From Trypanosoma brucei (Eukaryota), in assembly GCA_000002445.1 (NCBI GenBank), contig CM000207.1, forward strand, positions 704,001-768,000: DNA of 64,000 bases. Reading direction: 5' to 3'. The first letter of the stretch is position 1, and the number at the start of each line of letters is the position of its first letter. The position numbers and the translations under genes are program-made. The notes below the pieces were generated by a model that saw only the letters and a program-made list of their open reading frames with translations, made no database searches and was not told where the DNA came from. Below, piece by piece: positions 22,777 through 33,319 of this stretch.

Positions 22777-24432
22777 ATGAGTGTCACCGGCTTCGGTGAT
22801 GTTGTTGTATCTTTTGATGCGGAAGGTGTTGTAGTTGTTGGGCTAACTTATGAGCGTTCAAATGCGACACAGTGGTTGCTGCTCCCGGAAATTCCCGTTG
22901 AAGTCCCTCTTGTTAAGGTTCTTCGTGATCTTGAGGAATCTGGTGCTTCTCGACAACGGTCACCTGGTCGAATGAGGGGAGAAGGAGTTAAAGGAGATGT
23001 TTGTTTGCCAGACAGTGAAGTTGGATCACCTTGTAACGCGTGCGGTGTTAATAACATTCGTAGTGATTGTTGCATTTCTGTTGCTCGTGTGGGGCACATT
23101 CCGGAACGAAATCGCGCATACTGTTTGCTTTTGGAGTTGTCATCTTCTTCTGATGCCGCTGATGTGCAAAGAGATCTGCTGCACGTCGAGTGGGCTAATG
23201 GGCCCTTGTGTGCACCGCAGTTTTTGCAGTCCGTCGGCCGTATAATGAGGGTGGAGCATGAAGGGCGTGATGCCGCATGCGTGAGCAACTGCGCGGGTTG
23301 GCGGACACAAGTGTCTACGGACAATGCGGAAGATGTTTGCCTACGTGTCCTTTGCAGTGTGTCGTGCGGTGTTGATGGGGCGTCATCTCGGCGGCAGTTG
23401 GAAAGTGAAAAGGAGATATCTAGCGTTGCGCTCCGGAGAGACGCTCCTCTAGCACCGATAGAAGAGTTTTGCCCCATCTGCCGTGAGGAAATCGCATCTG
23501 GAAGAACGTGCGTTGTTACTATGTGCACCCACGTCTTCCACCTTGTTTGCCTCATGAAGCACTTAGAAGATGTTAGTTCATATTGCCCTCTTTGTCGTTT
23601 TTCGATGTCGTCTCTTGAAACTAAGTGCAACGCGTGTGGAACGTGCCAGGACTTGTGGAGTTGTTTAGTTTGCGGTTGGGTGGGATGTGGTAAGGGGCGG
23701 CACGGACATAGCATACGGCACTTCCACAGCACAGGGCACTCGTGTGCCGTGCAGAATAGCACTTCACGCATATGGAACTATCGCGCCAGCACATTTCTCC
23801 ACCACCAACTAGCTATGGAATTGGGTTACGAAGACGACGCAAGGGCGGAGCGTGCTGCAGCGCAGGAGGAGGGCAGGTCGGCCCTCTCTGTTCGTCACAG
23901 CGGGGAAAAACCCAGGGTCAGTGCTTCATCCTATTGGCGCAGTAGGTGGTGGTGGGACGAAAAGGAAGAGGAAGCTGCACAAGAGCTCAATGGCGACTAT
24001 GTGCGGGAGTATTATCTCCGTGTAATGGAGGAACTCATGCAGGAACAGGCGGACTATTTTGAGGGGCGTACAATGGTGGAGGGAGAGAATGCGGCTGTAC
24101 CCATCGGGACATGGAAGAAGCTGCAAAGCGCAGAACGGCGTCAACGGCGTAGTCTTGCTTCGAGGTACATTGCTGGTTTGCGCCGTATTGCGCTACACAG
24201 CCAGATGGCCGTCAACAATTTTGTGAAGCAGGAGGTCTTATGGAGGGATTCGTTGCGTGAAGAGTTATTACTCCAATCGCATACCAACCAAGGCCTGAAT
24301 GCCAGGATATCGAGCTTAGGAGCGAATATCGACAAGGCCAGACAGCGTGGCGAACAGCAGGTTGCGTTAAAGGAAGAGGAGTTAAGGGATCTGCAGGGGA
24401 GACTTGAGAGTTTGATGAGGGATTTGGAGTGA
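22777..24432 (+). CDS. BRAP2/IMP-like E3 ubiquitin ligase (RING-H2 plus ZnF-UBP plus coiled coil)
   Basis: The RING-H2 is CPICREEIASGRTCVVTMCTHVFHLVCLMKHLEDVSSYCPLCR. The ZnF-UBP is CNACGTCQDLWSCLVCGWVGCGKGRHGHSIRHFHSTGHSCAVQNSTSRIWNY, which follows the BRAP2 pattern C..CG....LW.CL.CG..GCGR...HA..H...H. A long E/R/Q-rich coiled coil follows. The track ORF starts at TTG 22708; the first ATG is at 22777. Confidence 0.65.
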   Translation: MSVTGFGDVVVSFDAEGVVVVGLTYERSNATQWLLLPEIPVEVPLVKVLRDLEESGASRQRSPGRMRGEGVKGDVCLPDSEVGSPCNACGVNNIRSDCCISVARVGHIPERNRAYCLLLELSSSSDAADVQRDLLHVEWANGPLCAPQFLQSVGRIMRVEHEGRDAACVSNCAGWRTQVSTDNAEDVCLRVLCSVSCGVDGASSRRQLESEKEISSVALRRDAPLAPIEEFCPICREEIASGRTCVVTMCTHVFHLVCLMKHLEDVSSYCPLCRFSMSSLETKCNACGTCQDLWSCLVCGWVGCGKGRHGHSIRHFHSTGHSCAVQNSTSRIWNYRASTFLHHQLAMELGYEDDARAERAAAQEEGRSALSVRHSGEKPRVSASSYWRSRWWWDEKEEEAAQELNGDYVREYYLRVMEELMQEQADYFEGRTMVEGENAAVPIGTWKKLQSAERRQRRSLASRYIAGLRRIALHSQMAVNNFVKQEVLWRDSLREELLLQSHTNQGLNARISSLGANIDKARQRGEQQVALKEEELRDLQGRLESLMRDLE

Positions 24433-24976
24433 TGTTTTTCGGCGTCGTCTTGTCATCCCATCCCGCCCCCCTTCCGTATCATGCTGCGTCATTCCCCTTC
24501 GCCACTTATCAACACAGTCGTGTGCACTCCTACTGTTCTCACATCAGTCAGTGCAGCTTAGTTACCTCGTTTGGCTTACTTTGACTTAAGTACCTTTTTT
24601 TGTGCTCATTGCGGTTGCTGTATGACTGCCAGCTCTCAGATGTCTGGACTTTCCATTCTCTTTATGTTGACCCTACACACCTGCCCCACACTGCATTTCC
24701 CCCCACCGCTCCCTGTTTGCACCTTCCTGCTGTATGGGTGGTGTAAAATACCCATTAGCATTATAGCAGTTGGTGGCTTGTTAATAACTGAAGTTCGGAT
24801 TACCGTGGCGAGTAAAGGTTTCCGGTGATATTATGGTCGTCAAACGCCGTGGAAATGGCCGGTTAGGCAAACCTCCGACAGATACTGGAGTGAGTGAGAA
24901 CTCTACCGGTGGAACCCCACCCCCGGAGTCTGCTTCTCAACGTGGCGGGGCGAAACAAACTACGGTTGCTTCCGCG
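24270..24976 (+). repeat. dispersed copy of the T segment (BRAP2 3' end, intergenic, first 48 codons of the 361-aa gene)
   Basis: Near-identical to 10976 to 11687 and 17463 to 18174. ORFs 24571 to 24828 and 24833 onward mirror 11282 to 11539 and 11544 onward. Confidence 0.75.
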
Positions 24977-25018
24977 ATGGAGGTGCTTCCGTTTGTTTTC
25001 CTTTGGTGCCTTGATTAA
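24833..25018 (+). pseudogene. truncated start of the 361-aa hypothetical gene (48 conserved codons, then unrelated sequence and a stop)
   Basis: MVVKRRGNGRLGKPPTDTGVSENSTGGTPPPESASQRGGAKQTTVASA is identical to copies 1 and 2 and then diverges into MEVLPFVFLWCLD followed by a stop. Confidence 0.4.
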
Positions 25019-26060
25019 GTGGGAACAGAAGGGCACATGCTGGTCGTCAGTATTTTTTTGTGAGGCCAAATTAAATTTAGTGTTTTTGTTCAGTGCTTTT
25101 TTTTTTGACTTGGAAGGTATTCAAAATTATGCTGGGGAGGTGCTTTTGTCCCTCTGCAGGAAAGGAGGGTGCTGACGCTTTTTGTATATTATGCGCTTGC
25201 TTGCTTTTGCCCACGTGGCTTGTGTTGGGTGAATAAATTGAATATCAATATTTGTGGCGTAATATCAACGTTTATGTGCCCTTTTTTATTGTTTTGTGAA
25301 GGAGCATATGACTCATTCCCCCCTCGCGTCTCCCCACCGTTGCATTGCCTTTCCAGTGTGTCGGTGACTGAAGCGGAGGTTTTGTCCTGTCTTTTATAAA
25401 GTTATTCCTGGTGAGGACTGGGTGGATTTCCGGTGCCTGTGTGCAATACCTATTTTCTGATGCGGGGTAGTGGATGAGGTTTCCACGCCAGCGGGCAGTT
25501 TGACTTTTCTTTTGCAATGTGTATCGATTGGTTATTGATGTGTTTTGCCTTGGTTGTTTTCTAGTTCTGAGAGCGTTATGCATTTTCCATACTTTTCGTT
25601 TCCTGAGGTGTGCACTTGCTGACCTATTGTGGCAACATGCGAAGCATCATGTTGAAAAGGTGTCATCGTTGAGCGTCGTATTTATTCGGTTCCCACCTGG
25701 AGCAAGATGACGAGTGCCCTCGTGGACTTACGGTGTGACAGAAGTGGTTGTTGCCGCGTGAGAAATACTTTGTGTGGAAATTGGTGTGAAGGTTGCCCTC
25801 GTAATGCTTAAATTGGCGTTTTGGGAAGATGGTAGTATCAATTTGTTTGTGTTATCTGTTAATGCCATTTTTTCTTTTTTGTGCGTCAAAGGTATCCGTT
25901 AGCGTCCCAACTGCCCCTTTTTTGTTAGCGATTTCCCCGCAGCAGGCTGTATGAAGATGGTTGGAAGCAACTGTTCCCCGTTCGTTGTTTTGGTCAACCT
26001 CTGCTCCTTTTATTTTTCTTCTTTAAACAAGTTGTTACGTGGTAGAATACGTGCACTGAT

Positions 26061-29000
26061 ATGGCATCGGAGGCAGCGTTATCGCTTCCTGCTGATGATG
26101 AAAAGGTGCAGGCGGATGCTGCTACTAATCACGGTACCACAACGCCCCCCTCTTCAGTAGAGACAGCACCAAGTACGGCCACTGGTGCTGTTGCACCGAC
26201 GGGTTCCAGCGAACGGGAAAGCAACGTAGTAATGCCCGCGGTTGCTGTTGTGCCCGCATTGGAAGCAAGTGAATGTCAGGTGCAAACAGAGCCGGGAGGG
26301 AACGACCCTATTACGTCTGGGGAGCTTTCGCTCGTTAATGACCATACGGCACCGCAAAAGCTGAATGCTGATGTGAAGTTGTTCTCGGGTGACAACCGGC
26401 CTTCAAAGTCGTTGGCTGCACCTTTCAGGGGCCCTAGTAATCGACCACAAGGAATTCCCCCTGGCGGCGGCACCCCTTTATGGCCCCCCAATGCTCCTCT
26501 TGGCCAAACTGTGATGTCGCTTCCGCATCCACCCATGCCTCCTCATCAACTTTATCAACCTCCTTTGATGATTCCAACACTGGTGCCGAATATGCATCCA
26601 CTGATGGCACCGTTCATCTCAGGCATGGCCCACGCCCCACAGCCGCCCCCGCCCCCCCCACCGCCGCCAGGGTTTGGACCCCCACCGGGTTCGTTTGGGC
26701 CACTGCCGTTTCCCGCAGCATTGAATGGACCTCTTGGCGCACCGCCTCCGCCCCTCATGATGCCCAATCCACCCGATTTGGCAGTTTTTCAACCGCGGTT
26801 CCCTGGTGACAAGATGGCGGCGTCGCAGTCATCCCAGGGTCCGGCGCTTTCGAAGCAAAAATCACATGTGTTGTCGGCTTCATCACCAAGTGCGAAGATA
26901 ATTGTTGGTAATGCTTCCCTTGCCGCACATGTGTCAAATGATCCGCCTAAATTCTCGTGCGTATTGCTTTCTGGAATATCAGCAGTTGGCAAAACAACAA
27001 TGGGAAGGGAGTTAGTTAACGAACTACAGGCAGATGGTTTAGGCTGGGTATTTTTTTCTGGTGCTGATTTCATTTCAGCTCCTACAACGAGGCGGGCCGT
27101 GTGGGAGACCACAAAGGAGGTATTTGATGCCCTGGAGAAGCAGCTGGAGAGGCTTCTTGACCAACAGAAGGAAAAGCGAGACTTGAAGGGTCTTGTCATC
27201 GACAAAAATGTGAAGAACGTAGAGGACATTTTTTATTTGGCGGCGCTGCTAAGATCGAAGCAGATCCCATTTGTTGGAATTGTAGGCATGGAAGCTGATG
27301 ATGATGAGGTGCTTCTGCAGCGCATGGGTGGCGAGCGGGAACTTCATGAAAAGCTAAAGTACCACCGTGTTATTCATTATAGGATCCGTAATTTAGCCAG
27401 GAAAGCGGCTATGTACCGAGAGATTGACGCCAACAAGCCGAGGCAAGAGGTTCTCAACGCATTGCGCACTAAGGTGCTGGGTTGTTGCGCCCAACCACCG
27501 CAGAATGGTATACTTTCTGATCTATACGTGAAATCGGCTTCCATTTCAATGGTTGATGACTATGCCGAATACTACACGGTTGTGACACAACTTTTCGACT
27601 TAATTAAACCATTGAATGGCTCTGCACACTTCCCCGGAACAACGAACTACGTTCCCTTGTCAACCCGTGATATGGCCGACAAGAATCGTGTGAGTGCAAT
27701 CAAGGAATCCTACGGTGCCCGTCGATTTAACAAAGGCACCCGCTACCTGCTCATGTATGATAAGGGGAAATTGTACCTGATTTCGACTCATCTTAGGGCG
27801 GTATTACGCCTGTCTCCCAAAGCGCTGTTAGGAGATAAGATGGCTTCGGTAACGTGCGCCGTGTTTGAGGGTGATTTAGTGAGAATAAGGGAGGACCCGC
27901 AGACCGAAATATTTCTTGTTTTTGACGTTCTCTTTTGGAATAATGCAGCGGATCCGGAGGGCAATGAGGTGACACAGATGAGTATGGAACAGCGTCATGC
28001 CCTTCTGAGCGCCCACCTATGCAGTGAAAGCAGTGCCTTCTCCCCTACGGGTACTGACTGCGTTGTGGCCTACCGAGCCACGGTAAAGCTTGAGGAGATT
28101 CCAAAACTTCTGGAGCCATGCGGTTTCCCAGGTGAGGGCATAATATTCCAACCCACTTCTTCGGTACACAATCTGAACAAAGTGTATTTGTGGCGACCCG
28201 CGAGCAGTATTTCAGTAGATTTTCGCATTGGTGCGTTGAGGGGGACACGAGAAGAGAGTGCTGTTTCGGAGAGCGGTGAATTGTGTGCGGATGCGGGCTC
28301 CCCAACGCTGAATGATTCTGCTAATCCCGGTGCCACCGCTGGCCAATCTCAGTCCCAACTGTCAAATAGTAGTAACCCGGCAGGGCAGAGCGCTGTGGGC
28401 TCCGGAGGGTCTAGCCATGTGCGTTGTAATGAAGGCGGTCCCACGCGTACCTTTGAGCTTGAAGTCTATGACAAGCAAGAAAAGGAATACACACAATTCG
28501 AAGACTGTACAGTGGATGTGAGGCACCCAGACGTGGTAGAGGGTTGCATATGCACTTGTGCGCTCGCGGACGAAAAGGGCCGTAAGTGGAGTTTCCAGAA
28601 TATCTGCTACGATGCGGTTCGTCCTGCATACAAGCGAGATGTAAGTTCACTGCTCGAGCACTCTATCATTCCAAAGTCCAAACTTCTTCAGTGGCTCGCT
28701 AGCGAAAAGATTACACCACCACTTCCAAGTGGTACAGTGCCACAAGCGGCGACTTCGAGTGCCCCACAGCAACAATTCTGGGAGGCGGTTTCGAATTCCA
28801 TTCGACAACCTCCACCGCATGCACCCCCGGCGTACGCCAGCGCCGTCCTCATGCAGCATGCTATGCCCCGACCAAACCCATCAGGGGCCCACGGCGGCGG
28901 CACAAACCTTGCAGCACTTGCAGAGGTAGTTGCCCCAACTGAAATTTCAAAGGGACACCAACCGGTGCTAACATCAACCTCTAGCGCGGGTGTGGGCTCT

Positions 29001-30005
29001 CCTCCCCGGGGGCTGTCAATTGGTCAACCACCAAGCTACAAGATGCATGGGCTTTTGCAGCAGGGGCTATCGACGTCACCGGGAACAAAGAAGGTTGTGG
29101 GAGTGGCACCCGACAACACTGTGGCTGCTGTTGGTGGCTCTTCCGCGGCGGGCGGCAGCGCAACGAACACGTATGTGGTGCAGTTGTTAACGTCAATGGT
29201 TCGCTCCGTACGCACTGTTCGTAAGGATGGGGTGGGCGACGAGTGCCAAAGTACAGCGGGTGCGACTCGACAGGAACAGCACCCTTCATGTGTCGATCGG
29301 TCAGACGGCGATCAGCACAGACGAGGGCACACTCGTTTTGATGATGTGAAGGATAGGAGGGAGCGGGGTCACGGGAAAATGCGGCGGGCCACCAGTGGTA
29401 CACCTGGTCGCTGTATGGGGTGTGGCAAGGACAAGCCAGCGGAGGAACTTCGCTTCCGCCCAAAGGACAATTTGTACTGCTATGACTGCTGGGCAGCGAA
29501 GGGTTGGGAAACATGCCGTGAGTGTGGAGAGTTTAGTAGGGGCTACCACGAACGCACGCGTGAGTGTGTGGGTGAGTTTTACTGCAACAACTGTTGGGAG
29601 AAGTTCAAGGAAGGAGACAACCAAAAAAAGGAAGGGAGGAAAGAAGATACCGAAAACCAACAAGGGGAGAGGAGGCGGCGAAGACCCAAGCGGCAAATTC
29701 AAACAGTAGAAGTGAAGGATGAAGGGGAGAGCAAAACTGCAAGCGATTTTACAGCGGAGGCAGCGGGGAGAGACGGTGCGGCGAAGCGGCGGGCGCGGCG
29801 TGGACAGAAGAACGACACCAAAGACCGTGCAGCTGTTGATATTCATGTTGGATGTGAGGAAGTTAGCGAAGGGAGGACCGCCGCGAACGACACGAATGCC
29901 GCGGAACAGGCACAGGAGGACGGCACGAAGTCAAATAAGAGGCATGGAGTTGAGAGTAGATCCAACAAAAGGCATAGGCGGAAGGAGGCAGTTAGGGGCG
30001 AATAA
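26061..30005 (+). CDS. large multidomain protein (1,314 aa): Pro-rich N-terminus, P-loop NTPase/kinase-like domain, capping-enzyme/ligase-like nucleotidyltransferase motifs with degenerate motif I, two Cys4 zinc knuckles, Arg/Lys/Glu-rich tail
   Basis: Walker A is LLSGISAVGKTTMG near nt 26975. Downstream motifs occur in the canonical order of covalent nucleotidyltransferases. Motif I would be NKGTRYLLMY, where KxDG has become K-G. Motif III is FEGDLV. Motif IV is GEGIIFQP. Motif V is KVYLWRPASSISVDF. The zinc knuckles are CMGCGK..(15)..YCYDCW and CRECGE..(15)..YCNNCWE near nt 29410 to 29600. The domain order (P-loop, then NTase) is that described for the kinetoplastid capping enzyme CE1. Confidence 0.55.
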   Translation: MASEAALSLPADDEKVQADAATNHGTTTPPSSVETAPSTATGAVAPTGSSERESNVVMPAVAVVPALEASECQVQTEPGGNDPITSGELSLVNDHTAPQKLNADVKLFSGDNRPSKSLAAPFRGPSNRPQGIPPGGGTPLWPPNAPLGQTVMSLPHPPMPPHQLYQPPLMIPTLVPNMHPLMAPFISGMAHAPQPPPPPPPPPGFGPPPGSFGPLPFPAALNGPLGAPPPPLMMPNPPDLAVFQPRFPGDKMAASQSSQGPALSKQKSHVLSASSPSAKIIVGNASLAAHVSNDPPKFSCVLLSGISAVGKTTMGRELVNELQADGLGWVFFSGADFISAPTTRRAVWETTKEVFDALEKQLERLLDQQKEKRDLKGLVIDKNVKNVEDIFYLAALLRSKQIPFVGIVGMEADDDEVLLQRMGGERELHEKLKYHRVIHYRIRNLARKAAMYREIDANKPRQEVLNALRTKVLGCCAQPPQNGILSDLYVKSASISMVDDYAEYYTVVTQLFDLIKPLNGSAHFPGTTNYVPLSTRDMADKNRVSAIKESYGARRFNKGTRYLLMYDKGKLYLISTHLRAVLRLSPKALLGDKMASVTCAVFEGDLVRIREDPQTEIFLVFDVLFWNNAADPEGNEVTQMSMEQRHALLSAHLCSESSAFSPTGTDCVVAYRATVKLEEIPKLLEPCGFPGEGIIFQPTSSVHNLNKVYLWRPASSISVDFRIGALRGTREESAVSESGELCADAGSPTLNDSANPGATAGQSQSQLSNSSNPAGQSAVGSGGSSHVRCNEGGPTRTFELEVYDKQEKEYTQFEDCTVDVRHPDVVEGCICTCALADEKGRKWSFQNICYDAVRPAYKRDVSSLLEHSIIPKSKLLQWLASEKITPPLPSGTVPQAATSSAPQQQFWEAVSNSIRQPPPHAPPAYASAVLMQHAMPRPNPSGAHGGGTNLAALAEVVAPTEISKGHQPVLTSTSSAGVGSPPRGLSIGQPPSYKMHGLLQQGLSTSPGTKKVVGVAPDNTVAAVGGSSAAGGSATNTYVVQLLTSMVRSVRTVRKDGVGDECQSTAGATRQEQHPSCVDRSDGDQHRRGHTRFDDVKDRRERGHGKMRRATSGTPGRCMGCGKDKPAEELRFRPKDNLYCYDCWAAKGWETCRECGEFSRGYHERTRECVGEFYCNNCWEKFKEGDNQKKEGRKEDTENQQGERRRRRPKRQIQTVEVKDEGESKTASDFTAEAAGRDGAAKRRARRGQKNDTKDRAAVDIHVGCEEVSEGRTAANDTNAAEQAQEDGTKSNKRHGVESRSNKRHRRKEAVRGE

Positions 30006-33000
30006 ACAAAAAGGTAGGGGTTCCACACTTAACTGTCACGGTTATGTGGCAGGTTTATGCAGCAAGCGGTGACATTTGCCAATTTGTAGTGTGTTTCCCT
30101 CCCCCTCCCCCTGCTGAGGGGGGAAGGGGGAGGGATCCGCACGTTTTTTTGCGCGCATAATACTTCCCTTATTTCTGTTAGTGGACGAATGTCGTTTGCT
30201 TTTCGTGTTTTCTCAACCTGCAGGAGGTGGTGTGAAAAAAAAGAATTTCATGAAAGAAGCCATGGGGTAGCCCGTTATGAAACTTCTCGGCCGCCTAAGG
30301 GGAAGACAAGGGGGAAGAGAGCTTGAGGAGGGAGGGATTTAGGATGAAAAATGTGTACCATTTATTGTACAGGGTGCATCTAAATGATTGACGCCGTTGT
30401 GCGTTAACTCATTACAACAGTTGTTATCTTTTCATTCCCCCCCCTCCCCACTGCATCTTCTTTTGTTTTCCTCGAAAGGGGGAGTTTTCTTTCTTTCTTT
30501 CTTTTCATTCAACTCTTCCGTGACTGCCGTTACTTTTGGACCGCGCATGTCTCCCTCTACATACTGGAGTAGCGAGCGATGTTTCCGTTCCATATTTCCT
30601 CAACCGAAGGATGAAAAAAAATAAAAATAAAAAGAAATGGGCGAAACGATGGTGTGGAATCGATCCTTGATGCGGAGGGGGAAAGTGTGTGTTTGTGTTT
30701 TTGTTTGTGTGGAAGGTAAGATCGAAGCAGAAAAAAGAATAAGAAGGATAAGAAGAAAAGGAAAAAAAAAAGGATTAACAACCGTGCAAGGGGAACGATG
30801 ACATCTGCTTTTTTTTTTTTTTTTAATTTTCTTCTTACGCATTTCATTTCATTTCATTTCACTTCTGTTGTTTTTTTTTGTTTTTTGTTGTTGTCGCTCC
30901 TGTTAGACATCATTCCTAAAATTGCGCGGTGAAGTTCTTACGGTGTGCCGGGAAGTATGAAGGAGGGAGAACGGAACAGAAAGCGAGCGATAAAGCGAGT
31001 GTTAAGGGAGTAAGAACAAAGGGAAAGGAAGAGAAACAGAGAAATGTATGGGAACAAATAAAATAAGAGAAAAGAAAGGAAAAACAAACAAACAAACAGA
31101 GAGATGAAAGGATGCAGAGGAAAAGGAGGGGGAAAAGTGTTCCCGTTGTTGCCTACTTCCTTTCCACAATCCTCTTCTCTTTCTTCCTTTCCTACGTGTA
31201 CTATTTTCCCAGTGATTCACTATCATTTTTTCTTTTTCTTTTTTTTTTTTAATGGTTATTTGTTTTTTGTTCATTCACAAGAAAAAAATCATTTTCTTGT
31301 TTTTTTTTCCGATGTTGTTGCTGTTGTTATTGTTATTGTTATTGTTATTGTTGTTGTTTTGTTTTCGAGACAATCCCTACGGAGAATTATCACACCTCTT
31401 TTTTTTCTTTTTTTTTTTGTATCATTTTTTTTGTTTTTACAACCTAAATTATTAAAGGAGTGTGTGTGTGTGTGTGTGTGGAAGGAGGAGAGGAGGAGAG
31501 GGGGAGAAAGAAATAAATAGAATGAAATGAAAAAGTGAAAAAGGGGTTTAATAACCTCTTGTTCTTCTTCGTTTTGTTTTTTTTTTTTACAGTTCATCTT
31601 TACAAGGCTGCAGGCAGGGGAGATGAAAAGAGGATGGGATGAAACCCCCTCCTCCAAAAAACAACGACAAAAACAACAACAAAGACAATAATAATAATAA
31701 TAACAATATCAGTAACAGTATCCAAAAGATGAAAAGTAAACAAAAAATAATAAGAATAATAAATGAAGCATCAAGAGGGGGAAAGAGCTACCGTGCGGTA
31801 AAGTATGGAATACGGTGTACGTTTCATGCAGGCGCGCACATGTACTTATATGTGTGTATATTTTTCCTCATCTTGTTTTTTTTGTTTGTTTTCCATTATC
31901 TTTTTTTTCTTTTTCTTTTTCTGTCTTTTTTCTGTTTTTTTTTTCTGTTTTTATGTTTATATTTGCGTTACTTTTTTTTTTCCCTCCTCCTCTTTTAGTT
32001 ATCCTGCAGTCCTTTTCCCGTCATTCATTCATTCTTTCATTCTTTTGTTCGTTTGTTTTTTCTTTGGCATCCCAGCAGCACTTGTTTATATATTTATAAA
32101 TGCCTGCGCGTTTGTGGTATTGTAGTGAGCAGCAAAAATAACAGAAATACAAAGGCATCGGTTGAATGAGTTTGTACTGCAACTGCGGCCGGAAAATTTT
32201 AAAAAAAAAAGAAAGAAAAAGAAGAAGAAAAAAAAAAGAAAGAAAAAGGAGGGGATTGTGTGATGCAGGCAGTTTAAAAGCAACGGAAGGGACACGGGCG
32301 CTTCGGTTGCGAGGTGTAGCGACTCACATCACATTATTCGAACCAAAAAGAAAAAATAAAATAAAAGACAAAATAAAAGAAAAGAAAAGGAAAAAAAAAG
32401 TGTATCGGTTTACATATTTCTGTTTTTTTTTCCTTTTCTTTTATTTTGGTTTGGTCGTGATTGATATGTTTCGTTTCACGTTGTTATTGTTCCCTCGTAC
32501 TTCCTTTCTTTTTTGTTTTTTTGTTTTTTTTTTCCACTCCCTTCACTCCCTTCCCTCCCTTCCCTCCTCCTTTGGGTTTATTTCCGTTTTCGTTTTTTTT
32601 TCTCCTTTTCCCACGCACGCAGTTGTTATTTCCCCTCTTTTTTTTTTTATTTACTTCATTTTTTTTTTGTGTATTTGTGCAACCTCCGCTGTGTTTGTGA
32701 GGACGTATCGCTTTCAGTTGATTTTTTGTCCCCTTCTTTTCTTCTCTTTTTCTTTTTTTCTTTTTTGTTATACCGTCGTGTCGTTTTTTTTCCTTTTTTT
32801 CGTTTATTTTGCTGTTCTTTTTTGCGTTTTGTGTTTTGTTTTTTATATTTTCATGTTTTTATGTTGTGAGGCATATGACAGTCGCGGTCGGCCGAACGCT
32901 AAAAAAAAGAAAAACTGATCGCCAATAATCTTACATCAACAAGGCGTTTTTCTTTGTGTTTCTTCTGTGATTTTTTTTTTGTTCCCTCTTTTCACTCACT

Positions 33001-33319
33001 CCATTCCCATTCGTTTCAACTTCATTTTGTTTATTTTTGTGTTTCGTTTTTGTTTATTTTATTTTGTTTTTTTTTGTTGTTGTTGTTTCCTTCATTCGTG
33101 CTTCCTGTTGGTTTTTTTCCCCATATTTTATGGTATATGAAGTGTCAGAAGCAGTAAAGAACGGAAAAGAAATGAGAAATGGATCGCGTAGCAGCAGCGG
33201 CATGTAAGAATAAATAATAACGATGATGGTGAGGAGGAAAAGTAAGAGGATAATAACGTCAGTAAATAACCACAAATAACAAAATGATAATAATGTTTAT
33301 TATTATTACTATTACTTTT

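Noticed and set aside
9322-24976. Possibility that the large repeats are a CRISPR array or transposon copies
   Set aside because: The units are 6.5 kb and 3.5 kb gene-bearing segments, not short repeat-spacer structures. There is no reverse transcriptase or transposase ORF, no terminal inverted repeats and no target-site duplications, and the junctions fall inside genes. Segmental duplication is the simpler explanation.
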